Source: Eledone cirrhosa (Eukaryota). Taken from it: DNA of 64,000 nucleotides. A program made the translations under genes and the position numbers. Location: contig OZ024740.1 in NCBI GenBank assembly GCA_964016885.1, positions 188,914,001 to 188,978,000 of the forward strand, read 5' to 3'. The notes below the pieces were generated by a model. The model did no database searches and had not been told where the DNA came from. It saw only the letters and a program-made list of their open reading frames with translations. Below, piece after piece: positions 1-13,543 of this stretch; position 1 is the first letter of the stretch, and every line of letters starts with the position of its first letter.

Positions 1-460
1 AGAAATTGTTAATTTGCTGTAATACGGCTCACTGTGTTGAGATTGTAATGTGTTCCTGGATTATTTGCATTATTTCAGGTGTCTTACTCACAACCTTAAA
101 CACAAATTCTAACTAAGCATAAAGCAATTATTGCAGTGATTAACAAAAGATTTTACTCTGTACTCGTATCTATGAAAGTGAATCTGTAGTCTAATTTTGG
201 GTTATGATTCAATATTATTTCTGTTATTTTGCAAATGAGTGTTGGAAAGTATGGTAATCACAACTTCCCATTGCCTCTGTATATATAAAGTGATACACTT
301 TGTTAGAAACCATTATTAAATATCTATAATTAAAGAAATAAAATCTTCTGTGTATACTTATTGAACTTGAAGATGTATATTTTGATTTCTTGTCAACTTT
401 CATGTGTTAAAACATGAAATTGAGTTTAGCTTTATTATTTTCTGCTGTTTAAGAAGAGAG

Positions 461-678
461 TGGAGGATTGGCAGTTTCAGTAGAGCAACAGACAACATGC
501 TATATGGCATAGAGTTACTGCCCTTTACATTGTGAATGCAAATCCTGTAATGGTTAACCTTGTCTTTCATCTTCACACAGTTGTAAAATAAAATATAAGT
601 AATGCACTTGTGTCAATTTAGTTGACTTCTCCTGACCCCACATTGTTGGCCTTGTGCCTAAATCAGAAACCATTATTT
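461..678 (+). mobile_element. Degenerate SINE, family B
   Basis: Decayed match to the motif ggtcaactttgcctttcatcc...aaaataaagtaccag...ggccttgtgcctaaa..agaaac.attat, seen more intact at 34870-34997 and 58128-58313. Confidence 0.6.
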
Positions 679-907
679 TGTACCATTTTATAAAAGATGT
701 TTTATTTCATTTCACAAGTTTTAAAACCTTGTTTAAATGGATGAAAAGTAATATTAAGCTTTACCTACTTAAGATGCTATTGGTATTAGGTTACTAATGC
801 ATAGAAAGCTAAACACCACCAAGTGCTAAGAGACATCAATATAATACCATTGTTACAGATGTGTTTGCCTATATCTGCATGTAAGTATCTGTGTATATGT
901 ACTTTTG

Positions 908-912
<5 letters not shown>

Positions 913-946
<34 letters not shown>

Positions 947-960
947 GTGTGTGTGTGTGT
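913..960. repeat. (GT)n microsatellite
   Basis: Direct reading. Confidence 0.98.
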
Positions 961-1040
961 ATGGGCTCATATAATATATATGTAAATATATATATATTCT
1001 TTGCTTAAACTTTAATCTGTTATTTTAATAAATATATATA

Positions 1041-1385
1041 TCATCATCATTCATCATTTCATTTTACGTCCGCTTTTTCCCTGCTTGCAAGGGTGAGACC
1101 GGAACTGATTCTGGCTTGATTTCTACAGCTGGATGCCCTTCCTAACACCAATCTCATTTACAGTGAGTGCTGGGTGCTTTTTTGCTGTGGCACCTCCACG
1201 ACCACTTTGCAGTGGAATGATAAGCACCCCTGTCCCTATCATCTCATTTCTACAGCTGAGTAAACTGGAGCAATGTGAAATAAAGTGTCTTGCTCAAGGA
1301 AACAACACATCACCCGGTCTGAGAATTGAACTCACAACCTTTTTATTGCAAGGCCAATGTTCTAACCACTAAGCCATCTGCCTCA
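1041..1385 (-). mobile_element. tRNA-derived SINE, family A, with RTE-type 3' tail
   Basis: Minus strand: A box tggcttagtgg, B-box-like gagttcaattc, central tccttgagcaagacac, the tgttaggaagggcatccagc box, then the 3' end cccttgcaagcaggg..aagcggacgtaaaatga(tga)n shared with the RTE at 2610-2661. Confidence 0.85.
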
Positions 1386-1404
1386 TGTATATATGTATGT
1401 GTGT

Positions 1405-1613
1405 GTCTGATAGTAGCTAAGATGCTTCCATAGGCGGTATGCTGGTTGAGCACTCTATGCTCTTTCAGTGAGAGAATATGCTCCGAAATCATTAGACGTG
1501 TCTGTCGAACCTGCGGGTCCAGGATCAGACAGATCCACACAATGATCCGCCGAGGAAACAATTGTAACACACAATAAATAGAGTTCAGATGCATTATTGA
1601 TTTTTCGTTTTCT

Positions 1614-1615
<2 letters not shown>
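1405..1615 (+). mobile_element. Penelope-like pLTR fragment with degenerate hammerhead (1498-1570)
   Basis: gtgt-CTGTCGA-long stem II-GAAAC AATT GTA-acac, then AATAAA at 1573, ending in (TA)n. Confidence 0.55.
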
Positions 1616-1658
<43 letters not shown>

Positions 1659-1659
1659 C

Positions 1660-1770
1660 ATTTCCATATGAGTAAGACACAGTCACCTAACCCAGCTTGC
1701 CTCATATGGGACAACCTGTTTAACCGATGCTAGCATGGAAGATGGACATATGATGATGACGATCATGATT
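1660..1770 (+). mobile_element. RTE/SINE 3'-terminal stub
   Basis: cttgcctca..gggacaac...ccgatgctagcatggaagatggac + (atg)n, matching the RTE 3' ends at 15280-15360 and 24300-24390. Confidence 0.65.
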
Positions 1771-1782
1771 ATATATATATAT

Positions 1783-2661
1783 AAAGACTAAAGTGTTGAT
1801 AAGTAGAAAATAGGACAAACCTCTGATTCCATCAGAGAAATGGCCATGTTCGCTATGAAGAAAAGGAGTTTGCATAAATTTTATAAAATGTACACAATGC
1901 AGATCTTGGGTACATAAGAGATGTAGTGGGATAACAGGCAAACTAACAGGTAGGGAAAACTACATATGCAGTAGATGTACAGGGAAATTTGACAGTAGAA
2001 GTCACAGTGATAGACACATTTTTTAAATGCAGGTAGGATCTATCGAGGTGGTTGATAGCTTCCGATACTTAGGTGATCAGATTAGCAAAGGAGGAAGGTA
2101 CTCCAAGGCCATAGTATCTAGAATAAGGATGGGTTGGAAGAAGTGTAGGGAGCTGCTGTTGACAAAGAAGGGTTTCTCCCTACGAATGAAAGGTCATTTA
2201 TATGATGCCTGTGTGAGATGCACAATGCTGCATAGTAGTGAGACATGGGCAGCAACTGCGGAGAATAAGGGACGGCTGGAGAGAAATGAAGAAAGCATGC
2301 TCCATTGGATGTGCAATGTCAATGTGTGTGAATGACCAAGCATAGATGAGTTGAGAGAGAAACTGTGTATAAGAGGGATACGTTGTAGTGTGTGGGAGAG
2401 AAGACTGCATTGGTATGGACATGTGATGCACATGGAGGATGACTTTTGGGTAAAGAAGTGTGAAGAAACCCCAGTAGAAGAAGACACAGTAGAGAAAGAC
2501 CATGAAAAACATGGGTGGAGGTGGTGAGAGTTGATCTCAGATTGCTGAAACTCACGAAGGAGATGTTGATGGACCGTGACGAATGGAGAGACGCTGGGCT
2601 GAATACGTCGTCCCACCCTTGCAAGCAAGGAAAAGCGGACATAAAATGATGATGATGATGA
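1783..2661 (+). mobile_element. 5'-truncated, decayed RTE-clade LINE (PHD finger, end of RT, C-terminus, (ATG)n tail)
   Basis: Translates to [67 protein letters not shown] with stops and frameshifts; (atg)n tail. Confidence 0.9.
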
Positions 2662-2997
2662 TATATATATGAATAAGTGTATGAGTAAAGTTTGTTTGTG
2701 TAGATAAATGTACAAACAAAAATAAAACAAGTAAGATTGCTTACCAAAGTATTTTTCTCAACATGGTCCTTGTAGGTTACAGTAATAATCCAATAAGAGG
2801 GATCAGATTATAGTATCCAGATGGAAGATCATGGAATAATAATATTTTTAAATGTATAGGAAAAACAAATACTAGGTGTAAAGTATATATATATAGATAG
2901 ATAGTTAAAGAAATGAGAACACAAACACAGAGATGCAAAAGCTCAGTTCTATCATGCTTAGAAGCAAGTAGCAGAGGGTATATTTTAATCAATCAAG

Positions 2998-3420
2998 TTC
3001 CCACAACTGATTCAGTCAGTTGTTGGGTTCCAGTTTAGGTATTTTCACAATCTTCACTGGTCTCTATCCTTCTGCTATGCATTGAAGTGTCGTTCTGTTG
3101 TGCTTGGCTAGTCTTTGATATTGTCAGACCAAGATTTTCCTTTTCTGGTTTTTCTTTACCATCCCTTGTCTGTCTGTGATGAAGGATGTCTTGGCAAGAT
3201 ACATAATCGTACTGGGTAACCTTCCATATTTTCACCATTGCAAGGTGTAGTTCCTGTCTACCAATTTTTTGGATTGTTGTCTGACAAACTGTTTCTTTTG
3301 TGCCCTGTGTATGAGCTGCATATGAGATACCTTCTGAAGTAATTGTGCTTGAATGTCTAGCTTCTATGTCATTTATCCAACTCTCACACCCATATAGGTG
3401 CATCACTTGATATTTTTTTA
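2998..3420 (-). mobile_element. Old RTE/BovB-type LINE 3' fragment
   Basis: ORF 3035-3427 contains LYGCESW and IGRQELHLAMVK..K, resembling RTE C-terminal motifs; highly decayed. Confidence 0.55.
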
Positions 3421-5473
3421 TTTTCACTCATTACTTTAACTCTATCTCTCAGTAGTTTCCTTAATTTGTCTTCACTATGTTGCAAAAATATCATTTTCTT
3501 TCTCCCTCTCACCAGCATTGGTAGTCATGAGAAAAGGTGGTGGACTATGTCTTCCTAAGTATTTTAAAATGCCTGGTCAATTTCTGTTTTAAAACGGGTT
3601 TTGGTAGCCATTTTAGTACTAAGGGGAATTGTGAACGCACAAGAATTTGTGACTTTGAATCAAACTAATAAATCTTAAATTTTCCAGTTTCATTGGAATA
3701 CATTTATTAAATTATTGCTTTAGGTTTCAGGTTAAAATATTCTGTTACTAATGGAAAACACTGCTTATATGTTTCAAATAATCTTTTAAATATTCAAGAA
3801 CTTTAATGAATTTAGTTACATAACTAATATTCTGAATTATTAAGCTGGTCTTTGGAGTATGGTTCAAAAACGTTTCTTAAATTATGATGGAAGGTTTTTA
3901 AATAACTATAAACATTTTAAAACAGTTTTGACTCTCGGAACCAGCATCAGTTTCAGACAGTTTAGTATTGAAAAAGTTTAAACCAATTTTATCATACGAG
4001 TTTTTCAATACTTTAAATCTAACTGAAAGAAAATCTGTAACAACATATTATTGAGAATGTGGTTGACAATCAGAAGACTACTCGTCCATGAAACACTTGC
4101 TTTGACAGGTGCCTTTGGGCAACTCTGCTGACAAATCTAAAGTATGTTAGAATATAAAAAGAACAACAAATGATTTGAAATTTAAAATACTCCTAACATA
4201 TGATTTGACCATGCTACATTAACTCCACTGTGATAAATAACCATAATATTATATTTGCAGTAGAATGTTTGGCTATTTTTACAAGCATAGGATGATTCAT
4301 TTTGTAATATATTTTTTCCTCCCTACATGTAAGCTTCGTGTTTTAATTTCTGTCTTAGTAATATATAAAGAATTAAAGTGCACAATCAGTTTATTAAAAT
4401 ATGAGTAGTGTTATTACTATTTATCTTGTTCAAATTTATAAACATCGTTATGTTGTATAACTGTATGTGTATTGAGATCATGTTGATATGACACAATTAT
4501 TTACTACTATACTTGTATCTATCTGTTAGAAACTTTAATGTCTTTCCAATTCAAGTCAGATAATTATCTATAAAATTATTAACATTTGAATCAGTTTTCC
4601 AACATTTATTATTTATATTTTTGCAGTTGTGTTACTTTATTATATGTTTTAACAACACAATCTGAGAACAACTCTGTATGATTTAGATACTACAAGCAGT
4701 GTTTTGCTTGGTTATCTAATGTATTGGTGATGTTTTCTGGATGTTGCATGTGTGTAAACACACATATACAACCAACTGGGCTTCTGGTATATTTGTAGCA
4801 ATGCACTGTTTTTTTATTGTTGACAGCTGCCCCATAATTATAGTGATTGTTTTTGTATTCACAGTCCTCACTCGTGTTATCTCTGTTTCCTGATAGTTAT
4901 ATATGGATAGTTTCTCCTGTTTCTTTAGATACATATTATTTTCTGTTGGAATGGATATATTGATTAAGAGATATTTATTTTTTTGATGGGATATGACACT
5001 AATAGGTGGTTGATATGTAAATTGTCAAGTTCTAGTATATTTTGTATTATCTAGGATATATTTTGTGTATCTTTTTGTCCCTTTCCTTGTCTGTAGACAC
5101 TTCATAATGCTGACATAATATCCAATGTATGAAAAATCCAACTTGGTTAGGACTACAGTTTTGCTAACACTGAGAAGCTAGTAACAATATAATTTAAACA
5201 TATTTTCACAACCTTCATACATTCAGTATGGTTCATTATATACATGTGGTAATTTCTGATAGGAAGGTTTTCATTTTCAGCTGCAATGAAACACATTTTG
5301 CCATCAGGTATGAAAGACAATTTATGCACTTGTATTGAATATTGGCTACAGAGACTTTTTTTTTCCACCTATTTGAACGCTATGGGTATATAGAAATGTA
5401 TATAGTATATATATTATCAGGGTATATATACATATATATATTTACCTATATCTTCATCATCATTGTTTAACGC

Positions 5474-5862
5474 CCATTTTCCATGCTATATATATATTTA
5501 CCACACACACACACACATGTGTGTGTGTGTGGTAAATATATATATAGCATGGAAAATGGTAGCACATACATGTTAAGTATATAAAACTTTGTTTACACTA
5601 TATATATTTATATATACAGTGTAAACAAAGTTTCATATACTTAACATGTATGTGCTACCAATGGCTTTGTGGTTCTGTCATGGCAACCACTGTATAATGG
5701 AAGAGGCCCTTTTAAACTGTCCCTTCAATCAAGCATATAGACAAAGCTATATATTTTTGTCCAGTTTAAAAGTGCTTCCTCCATTGTACAGTGGTGGCCA
5801 TGATTGAACCCAGAAACCATTAGTAGCACTTACATGTAAAGTGTATGAAACTTTGTTTACAA
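5474..5862. repeat. Chain of three adjacent or overlapping inverted repeats
   Basis: 5474-5559 (centre cacac-at-gtgtg), 5558-5659 (centre TA), and about 5620-5720 versus 5762-5862. Confidence 0.85.
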
Positions 5863-5884
5863 TAAATATGCTCTCTTCCATATA

Positions 5885-6162
5885 TGGTGCTGGGGACATG
5901 ACAAGAAGCCTCCAAGACCTACTCATGGTGATGTGATGAAATCACCCAATACACCCTGTTTGATGTTCTTTTTGGCACCATGATAAAAATCACCTAGTCC
6001 ACACAGTAATGTGGTGGTCATCCAGTTATAGAAACCAATACTAAATACAGATCTATATGAGCAAGATGTTTTCACTTGTCCTGACTTGTCTCAAACATGA
6101 TAATCTATCTAACCGGGGCAAGCATGGAAAAACAGATGCTAAACTGTTATGATGATGATGAT
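5885..6162 (+). mobile_element. Decayed RTE/SINE 3' UTR with (ATG)n tail
   Basis: ctaacc..gcaagcatggaaaaacagatgctaaa..(atg)n terminus and degenerate aaaatcacc..cacac units. Confidence 0.55.
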
Positions 6163-7904
6163 ACATATGCAGTACCCTAGATAACTTGGTTGCCAGCATA
6201 AAAATGTGACCTGAACCACCATGTGTCATTCCTTAAAAGCTATTCTTACCATCATGATACACCCCACTATAACCAGGATCACCAAACACTCCATACTCTT
6301 ACATCACCTTGTCAAATTCTTCTACAAGTGTCTTACACTCGTGATATTGAACTTGTCACTTACCACCCTTCTTACTTCCGACATCTTATTCCCATTCTAC
6401 AATCTCCACTCCCATATGATGGAGATGATCCTTCAAAATCCTGTATAAAGTAGTTGGTGTCAGGAAAAGATTCCAGCCATAGAAAACATTCCAAAAAGCG
6501 TTGAGAGGAGCCTCCAGTCATGACACAATAATCCTTCTAGTGTTGCCGCTGAAAAAAGGTGACAAGTAAAACTGGAAGGTCGTGGGTGATAAAAATGTGA
6601 TCCAGCTATAAATAATACTAAAAAAAGGTCAAGAGAACTCATCAGTTGTGTTAAGGACACAACAACGTCTCTAGTGTTGAAGATCAACATAATGATTACA
6701 CTCAGGATACATTGTAAAGTGGCTGGTGATATGAAGAGCATGCAACCATAGAAAACCTGCCAAACAAAGAGTTGGGAAAACTCTTCAGCTGTATAATAGA
6801 TACAACAACCACCCTAGTATACATGATAAAATGTACTCAGTACAGTGCAGCAACTTATATTAGTAAGATGTGGATTCCTAGCCAGTTTGCCACATGCATG
6901 CGCACACAAACACATGCATACACACACTGGTATACATACCACATGGTATCTTTGTTTAAAAAGAACGGTTTCTCAGCAAGGTTTACATCAAAAAGTTACT
7001 GGTTTTATGGAATGCAGTTACATGAATATCAGTACGCGGTTAAGGTTGAATTTCATTTTAATGGTCTCTATTTGCATAAGAAGTTACTGGACATGGAAAA
7101 AAACAATGCCAGGCTAATCGTAAACTGACATAGACACACACATTTATATAGGTATGTGTATTTCTAAATATAGAGAGAGGGGGAGATGGAGGAAGAGTAT
7201 TTATATATATATATATCATCATCCCTTTTATGTCTGTTTTTCTATATGTTGGACAAGTGTGTGTGTATATATATATATATATATACACATAATGTGTGGG
7301 TATGTGTGTAAGTGTGTGCACATGTGTATGAATGCATGTATAAACTCATAATATTTGTATTTATTGGGTTGCCTACTTACACACTGATGTAATATGCCTA
7401 TGCAGTTGCTGTAGATGAAATAAGTTAAAAGGAAAGTTATATTTTGAAGAATAAGTTCAATGCATCTTCCATATTCTATAAAAAAAAAGCTGATAATAAA
7501 GCATTTGATGTATGCATTGCTAAAGTTGGAATAAGGCATTTACCTGCAGTATTTCACACTGAATATGAAACTGCTTGGTTTGGGGTAGGGAGTAAAATGT
7601 AAAAGTAACAATAAGATAAGAATGGATATATGTATATTTTAATATGTGCCTGATATGTGTATGCTTAAATATGTGTGGGTGGGTGTGATATTCTATGGCA
7701 TACACACAAATATATATATATGTATGTTTGTGTGTGTGCGTGATATTTGCAATGATGTGTGTGCCTGCACATTTGTACTTGCATAAAGTTAACTTTCAGT
7801 AAATGAAAGAAAATAGACAACGAATGAGAAAGGAGGATTATTTGAATCAAGTTTTTACATAGAATGAAACACATACAAACACACACTCTCTCTCTCTCTC
7901 TCAT

Positions 7905-8531
<627 letters not shown>

Positions 8532-8744
8532 CGTTTCTGAATTTGTTTAGCAAGATTCTTTATCTGAAATCGTGTGTTGAAACCGATATTGTTATACTTT
8601 GGGAGGGTCATGTTGCCAATAAGAAACACACGCACCAGTTGCTTTCACTTCAATTTAATTTAATATATATTTATAAATTTACAAATTTATAAATTTCTGG
8701 TTGGTTGGTTGGTTCCACAACCAGATAGTTGTTTATATATATAT

Positions 8745-8787
8745 AGTCATAGTTCTTTCGTCACACACTGTGACCTCTTCAGTGACT
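8745..8787 (-). ncRNA. Minimal type I hammerhead ribozyme motif (mirror copy)
   Basis: Exact reverse complement of 8909-8951. Confidence 0.75.
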
Positions 8788-8908
8788 GGGGATTTCTTTC
8801 TTCGTTTCTGTGCCTTTCCTTTCTTCTATCCTACGCCATTTTGTTTGACAAACAAAATGGCGTAGGATAGAAGAAAGGAAAGGCACAGAAACGAAGAAAG
8901 AAATCCCC

Positions 8909-8951
8909 AGTCACTGAAGAGGTCACAGTGTGTGACGAAAGAACTATGACT
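8909..8951 (+). ncRNA. Minimal type I hammerhead ribozyme motif
   Basis: agtca-CTGAAGA-G-gtcaca gtg tgtgac-GAAA-G aa C-TA-tgact: all core nucleotides present, stem I 5 bp, stem II 6 bp, minimal stem III. Confidence 0.75.
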
Positions 8952-9110
8952 ATATATATATAAACAACTATCTGGTTGTGGAACCAACCAACCAACCAGA
9001 AATTTATAAATTTGTAAATTTATAAATATATATTAAATTAAATTGAAGTGAAAGCAACTGGTGCGTGTGTTTCTTATTGGCAACATGACCCTCCCAAAGT
9101 ATAACAATAT

Positions 9111-10180
<1,070 letters not shown>

Positions 10181-10415
10181 GAAGGATTTTAATGGATACA
10201 GTTTAGTTAAAAGGAATTTATTGACACGTGTTTCTATAACAGTTACATAACCTGAAAACAGCTGCTATCTACAAAGTATTGGTTATGCAGACATTCAATA
10301 TTTCAATGTTATTATCAACTGTCATTTCATCGGAATCATTTCATCGGAATATTACATATTTCATCGGAATATTACATATTTCATCAGAATATTACAACAC
10401 TACGGAAAATACTGT
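10181..10415 (-). mobile_element. Penelope-like pLTR fragment with long-stem-II hammerhead motif and tandemly amplified core
   Basis: Minus strand: tatt-CTGATGA/CCGATGA (x4)...atgacagttg/taactgttat stem...GAAAC ACGT GTC-aataaa; TA flanks. Confidence 0.6.
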
Positions 10416-10419
10416 ATAC

Positions 10420-10455
<36 letters not shown>

Positions 10456-10456
10456 T

Positions 10457-10765
10457 AATTTCATTTCATTTTACGTCCGCTTTTTCCCTGCTTGCAAGGG
10501 TGGGACGGGAACTGATTCTGGCTTGATTTCTACACCAACCTCATTTACGGTGAGTGCAGGGTGCTTTTTTGCCGTGGCACCTACACGTCCACTTTACAGT
10601 GGAATAATAAAGACCCCAGTCCCCATCATCTCATTTCTACAGCTGAGTAAACTGGAGCAATGTGAAATAAAGTGTCTTGCTCAAGGAAACAACACATCGC
10701 CCGGTCTGAGAATTGAACTCAACCTTTCGATTGCAAGGCCAATGCTCTAACCACTAAGCCATGTG
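10457..10765 (-). mobile_element. tRNA-derived SINE, family A (same subtype as 1041-1385)
   Basis: Colinear with 1041-1385, with an internal deletion of about 20 nt in the ggatgcccttcc box. Confidence 0.88.
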
Positions 10766-10828
10766 TATATATACATATACACATATACTTATATGGGTAT
10801 TCAACAATGAAAATGAAACAAAAGTCAA

Positions 10829-10832
<4 letters not shown>

Positions 10833-10901
<69 letters not shown>

Positions 10902-10971
10902 TGTATGTATGTATGTATGTATGTATGTATGTATGTATGTATGTATGTATTTATGTATGTATGTATGTATG

Positions 10972-11004
<33 letters not shown>

Positions 11005-11046
11005 ATATGTATGTATGTATGTATATATATATATATATATATATAC
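10833..11046. repeat. (TA)n/(ATGT)n compound microsatellite
   Basis: Direct reading. Confidence 0.95.
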
Positions 11047-11524
11047 AGATATAAATCATCATCATTTATTTATATGGGGAAAGTATGTAGAAAATATATG
11101 GTATAAATTAAAATGAAATATGTGCACTCATATATATTCTGGAATGCATGAGTGTGTTTATATGCTTATGTGTGTACCTATCACCGTATGATTGTATGCA
11201 ATTCATATCATAGATATAATAGCATGAGGGCATAGGATTTTGAATAATAATTGTGCTAACCTTCATAACTGTTTTTTTAATAACTACAGATAAGCCTACA
11301 TACATACCCTCTACACACACACATTTTACATCTGTATATAGCACTATATTAGCAAATGTAAGGTTGCATTTCTGAGTGAGATTTTAAGATTATCTTTGCT
11401 TATTGCTTTAAGTCATTTAGGTTTACAAAGATAAACTTTAATATATATATATAAATATATATATATAAATAAATAACACACACACATATATATATATATA
11501 TATAAATAAAAAATATATATATAT

Positions 11525-11772
11525 ATCATCATCACTTTTTTACATTCATTCTTCCATGCTAGCATGGGTTAGACGGATTGTCCTGTTGTGAGCAGTGCCT
11601 GATCAGCTGACCTTGTCTTGCTCATACAGGAGCTGATTTTGGCTTGATTTCTACAGCTTGACACCCTTCTTAACACCAACCTCATTTACAGTGAGTGCTG
11701 GGTGCTTTTTTTCCGTGGCGCCTACACGACCACTTTACAGTGGGAGGAGACATATTGTCTATATGCTTCAGC
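11525..11772 (-). mobile_element. RTE 3' UTR fragment
   Basis: Diverged copy of 9492-9790 with an internal deletion. Confidence 0.85.
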
Positions 11773-11832
11773 TTCGGCTTGTAATATATATATATATAAT
11801 ATATATATATAATATATTTATCTATATATATA

Positions 11833-12092
11833 ATGAAGGCGCATGGCTTAGTGGTTAGAGCATTAGGCTTGCAATCGAAAGGTGTGAGTTCAATTCTCGG
11901 ACCGGGTGATGTGTTGTTTCCTTGAGCAAGAAACTTTATTTCACGTTGCTCCAGTTTACTCAGCTGTAGAAATGTGTACCGGCCTGCCTGCCCAGCCAGT
12001 GGGATGGCGTTATCTTATGGCCAAAACAGCACGACGTGCTATGACCAGCAGTGCCGAATGGACGCCCGACAGACTGGTTGGTCAAGGTGAAG
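11833..12092 (+). mobile_element. tRNA-derived SINE: family A head with a different tail
   Basis: Head and core nearly identical to 10640-10765 (reverse complement) up to cagctgtagaaatg, then an unrelated 3' part. Confidence 0.85.
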
Positions 12093-12093
12093 G

Positions 12094-12399
12094 TAATATA
12101 TATAAAACTGAGGATGTCTGTCTGTCTGTGTGTGTGTGAGTTCGAATCCCTAAAACTCGAGAACCACCAAACCGACTGTTTTCAAACTTTACACATGTAA
12201 TACTTATGTTTCAGGGAGTGTTCTGAGCATAAAAAATGTTTTTATTTTCTATGCCCAGGGACCACATTAGGCGATTTAGCGATCTTGCTCATTAATTCTT
12301 AGTCTTTCTCTTCTTAGATAGATACATACTTATAACGGCGTGCCTTTATAATATCTGTCTGTATGTCTGGCTGTCTGCATTACGTCACTTCCTTGAGTA

Positions 12400-12435
<36 letters not shown>

Positions 12436-13026
12436 TTTGAATCCCTAAAACTCGAGAAGTATCCAACCGATCTTTTTCAAACTTTACCATGTGTATTACT
12501 TATGTTTCAGGGAGTGTTATGCGCATAAAAAAAATGCAACTTTTTTTATCTCCTAGGGCCCGCATTAGGTGAAAAACAGCGTTTTTAAAGATTTTTAGGG
12601 GTTTTTTGAGGCGTTACGTCAGACCGATTTCCTTGAAATTGTTACTATGTATTAGTCAGTCTGTTCTTCATACCGTAAGCAAAGAAAATCTAATTTTCTT
12701 ATGGTCTAGGCCCCGCATTAAGTGAAAGAATTCATTTTTTCAGCTTCTTAGCGCTTTTTGGAGGCGTTACGTCGAGCCGATTTTCGCTAAATTTCAAGGA
12801 ATATTATGCACATAAAAAAAATTCATTTTCTTGATCCCCTACGGGCCCGCCTTAGGTGAAAACCTGCATTTTTCCTGCTTCATCGAGTAAAATCTTAAAG
12901 ATTATACAGCCATCAGAGTATTCGGTTGATTTTCTTTACATATTGTCCAGGCATGCAGTTTTTAGGTCTATTGGCGGCCGCGTTCCAAAATACCTTATCC
13001 CGTGCAACGCCGGGTACCACTGCTAG
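12094..13026 (+). mobile_element. Non-autonomous Helitron-like element with internal tandem repeats
   Basis: 5' atatatataaaactgaggat(gtct)n; 3' hairpin cccgtgcaacgccggg then CTAG|T at 13023-13027; internal cgcattaggtgaaa-containing repeats. The canonical 5' TC is not visible. Confidence 0.75.
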
Positions 13027-13114
13027 TATATAATATATATATAATACATATATATAACATATTTATATATAATATATTTATATATATATATATAATATAT
13101 GTATATATAATATA

Positions 13115-13543
13115 TTGCTGTAGTGGAGTCTGTGCTGTTGTACGGGTCTGAGACTTGGATACTGACCAAGAAACTCACTCAGATGGTGGATGGGTGCTAC
13201 ACAAGAATGCTGAGGATGGCTCTGAACATTACTCAGTATACACTGGGGATGAAAAACTCAGAGCTGTATGGGAGCCTCCCAAAAGTCAGCTCAAAAGTGA
13301 CACAGAAGAGACTGAGGTTAACTGGACATGCCTCACCGACATCCAGAGTTGACACTGCACTCAGTGCTCCTGTGGGAGCCCCTACATGGACACACTGGAA
13401 GGGGAAGACCAAGGTTAATGTATGTTGATGCCCTAAGGACAGACACTGTTCTGTTGGAAATGCAGGATATGGCAGCGATAATGAGGGACAGAGACCGCTG
13501 GAGAGAACTCGTCCATGGATCTCGGGAATTTTACCCGCCCTAG
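13115..13543 (+). mobile_element. RTE-X-like LINE 3' fragment
   Basis: ESVLLYGSETWILTKKL..VDGCYTRMLRMALNI..RLRLTGH..HPE..VLLWEP.HG...GRP..YVD.L.D with one frameshift; TA on both sides. Confidence 0.85.

Larger units (their letters stand above)
8532..9110. mobile_element. Fold-back (inverted) Penelope-like pLTR element: 262 bp arms, two hammerhead motifs
   Basis: Arms 8586-8847 and 8849-9110 are reverse complements around a 1-nt apex (8848). There is a 54-nt unpaired extension at 8532-8585, and (TA)n on both sides. Confidence 0.75.

Noticed and set aside
3606-3981. Possible decayed piggyBac-like MITE (ccattttagtact...agtattgaaaaagtttaa)
   Set aside because: TIRs and TTAA sites are too degenerate to support a call.
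10321-10400. 20-bp direct repeats suggestive of a CRISPR-like array
   Set aside because: No spacers and a eukaryotic context; explained as tandem duplication of a ribozyme strand.
11833-11905. tRNA-like sequence (GCA at the anticodon-like position)
   Set aside because: It is the SINE head; the acceptor stem does not pair and it continues into the SINE core.
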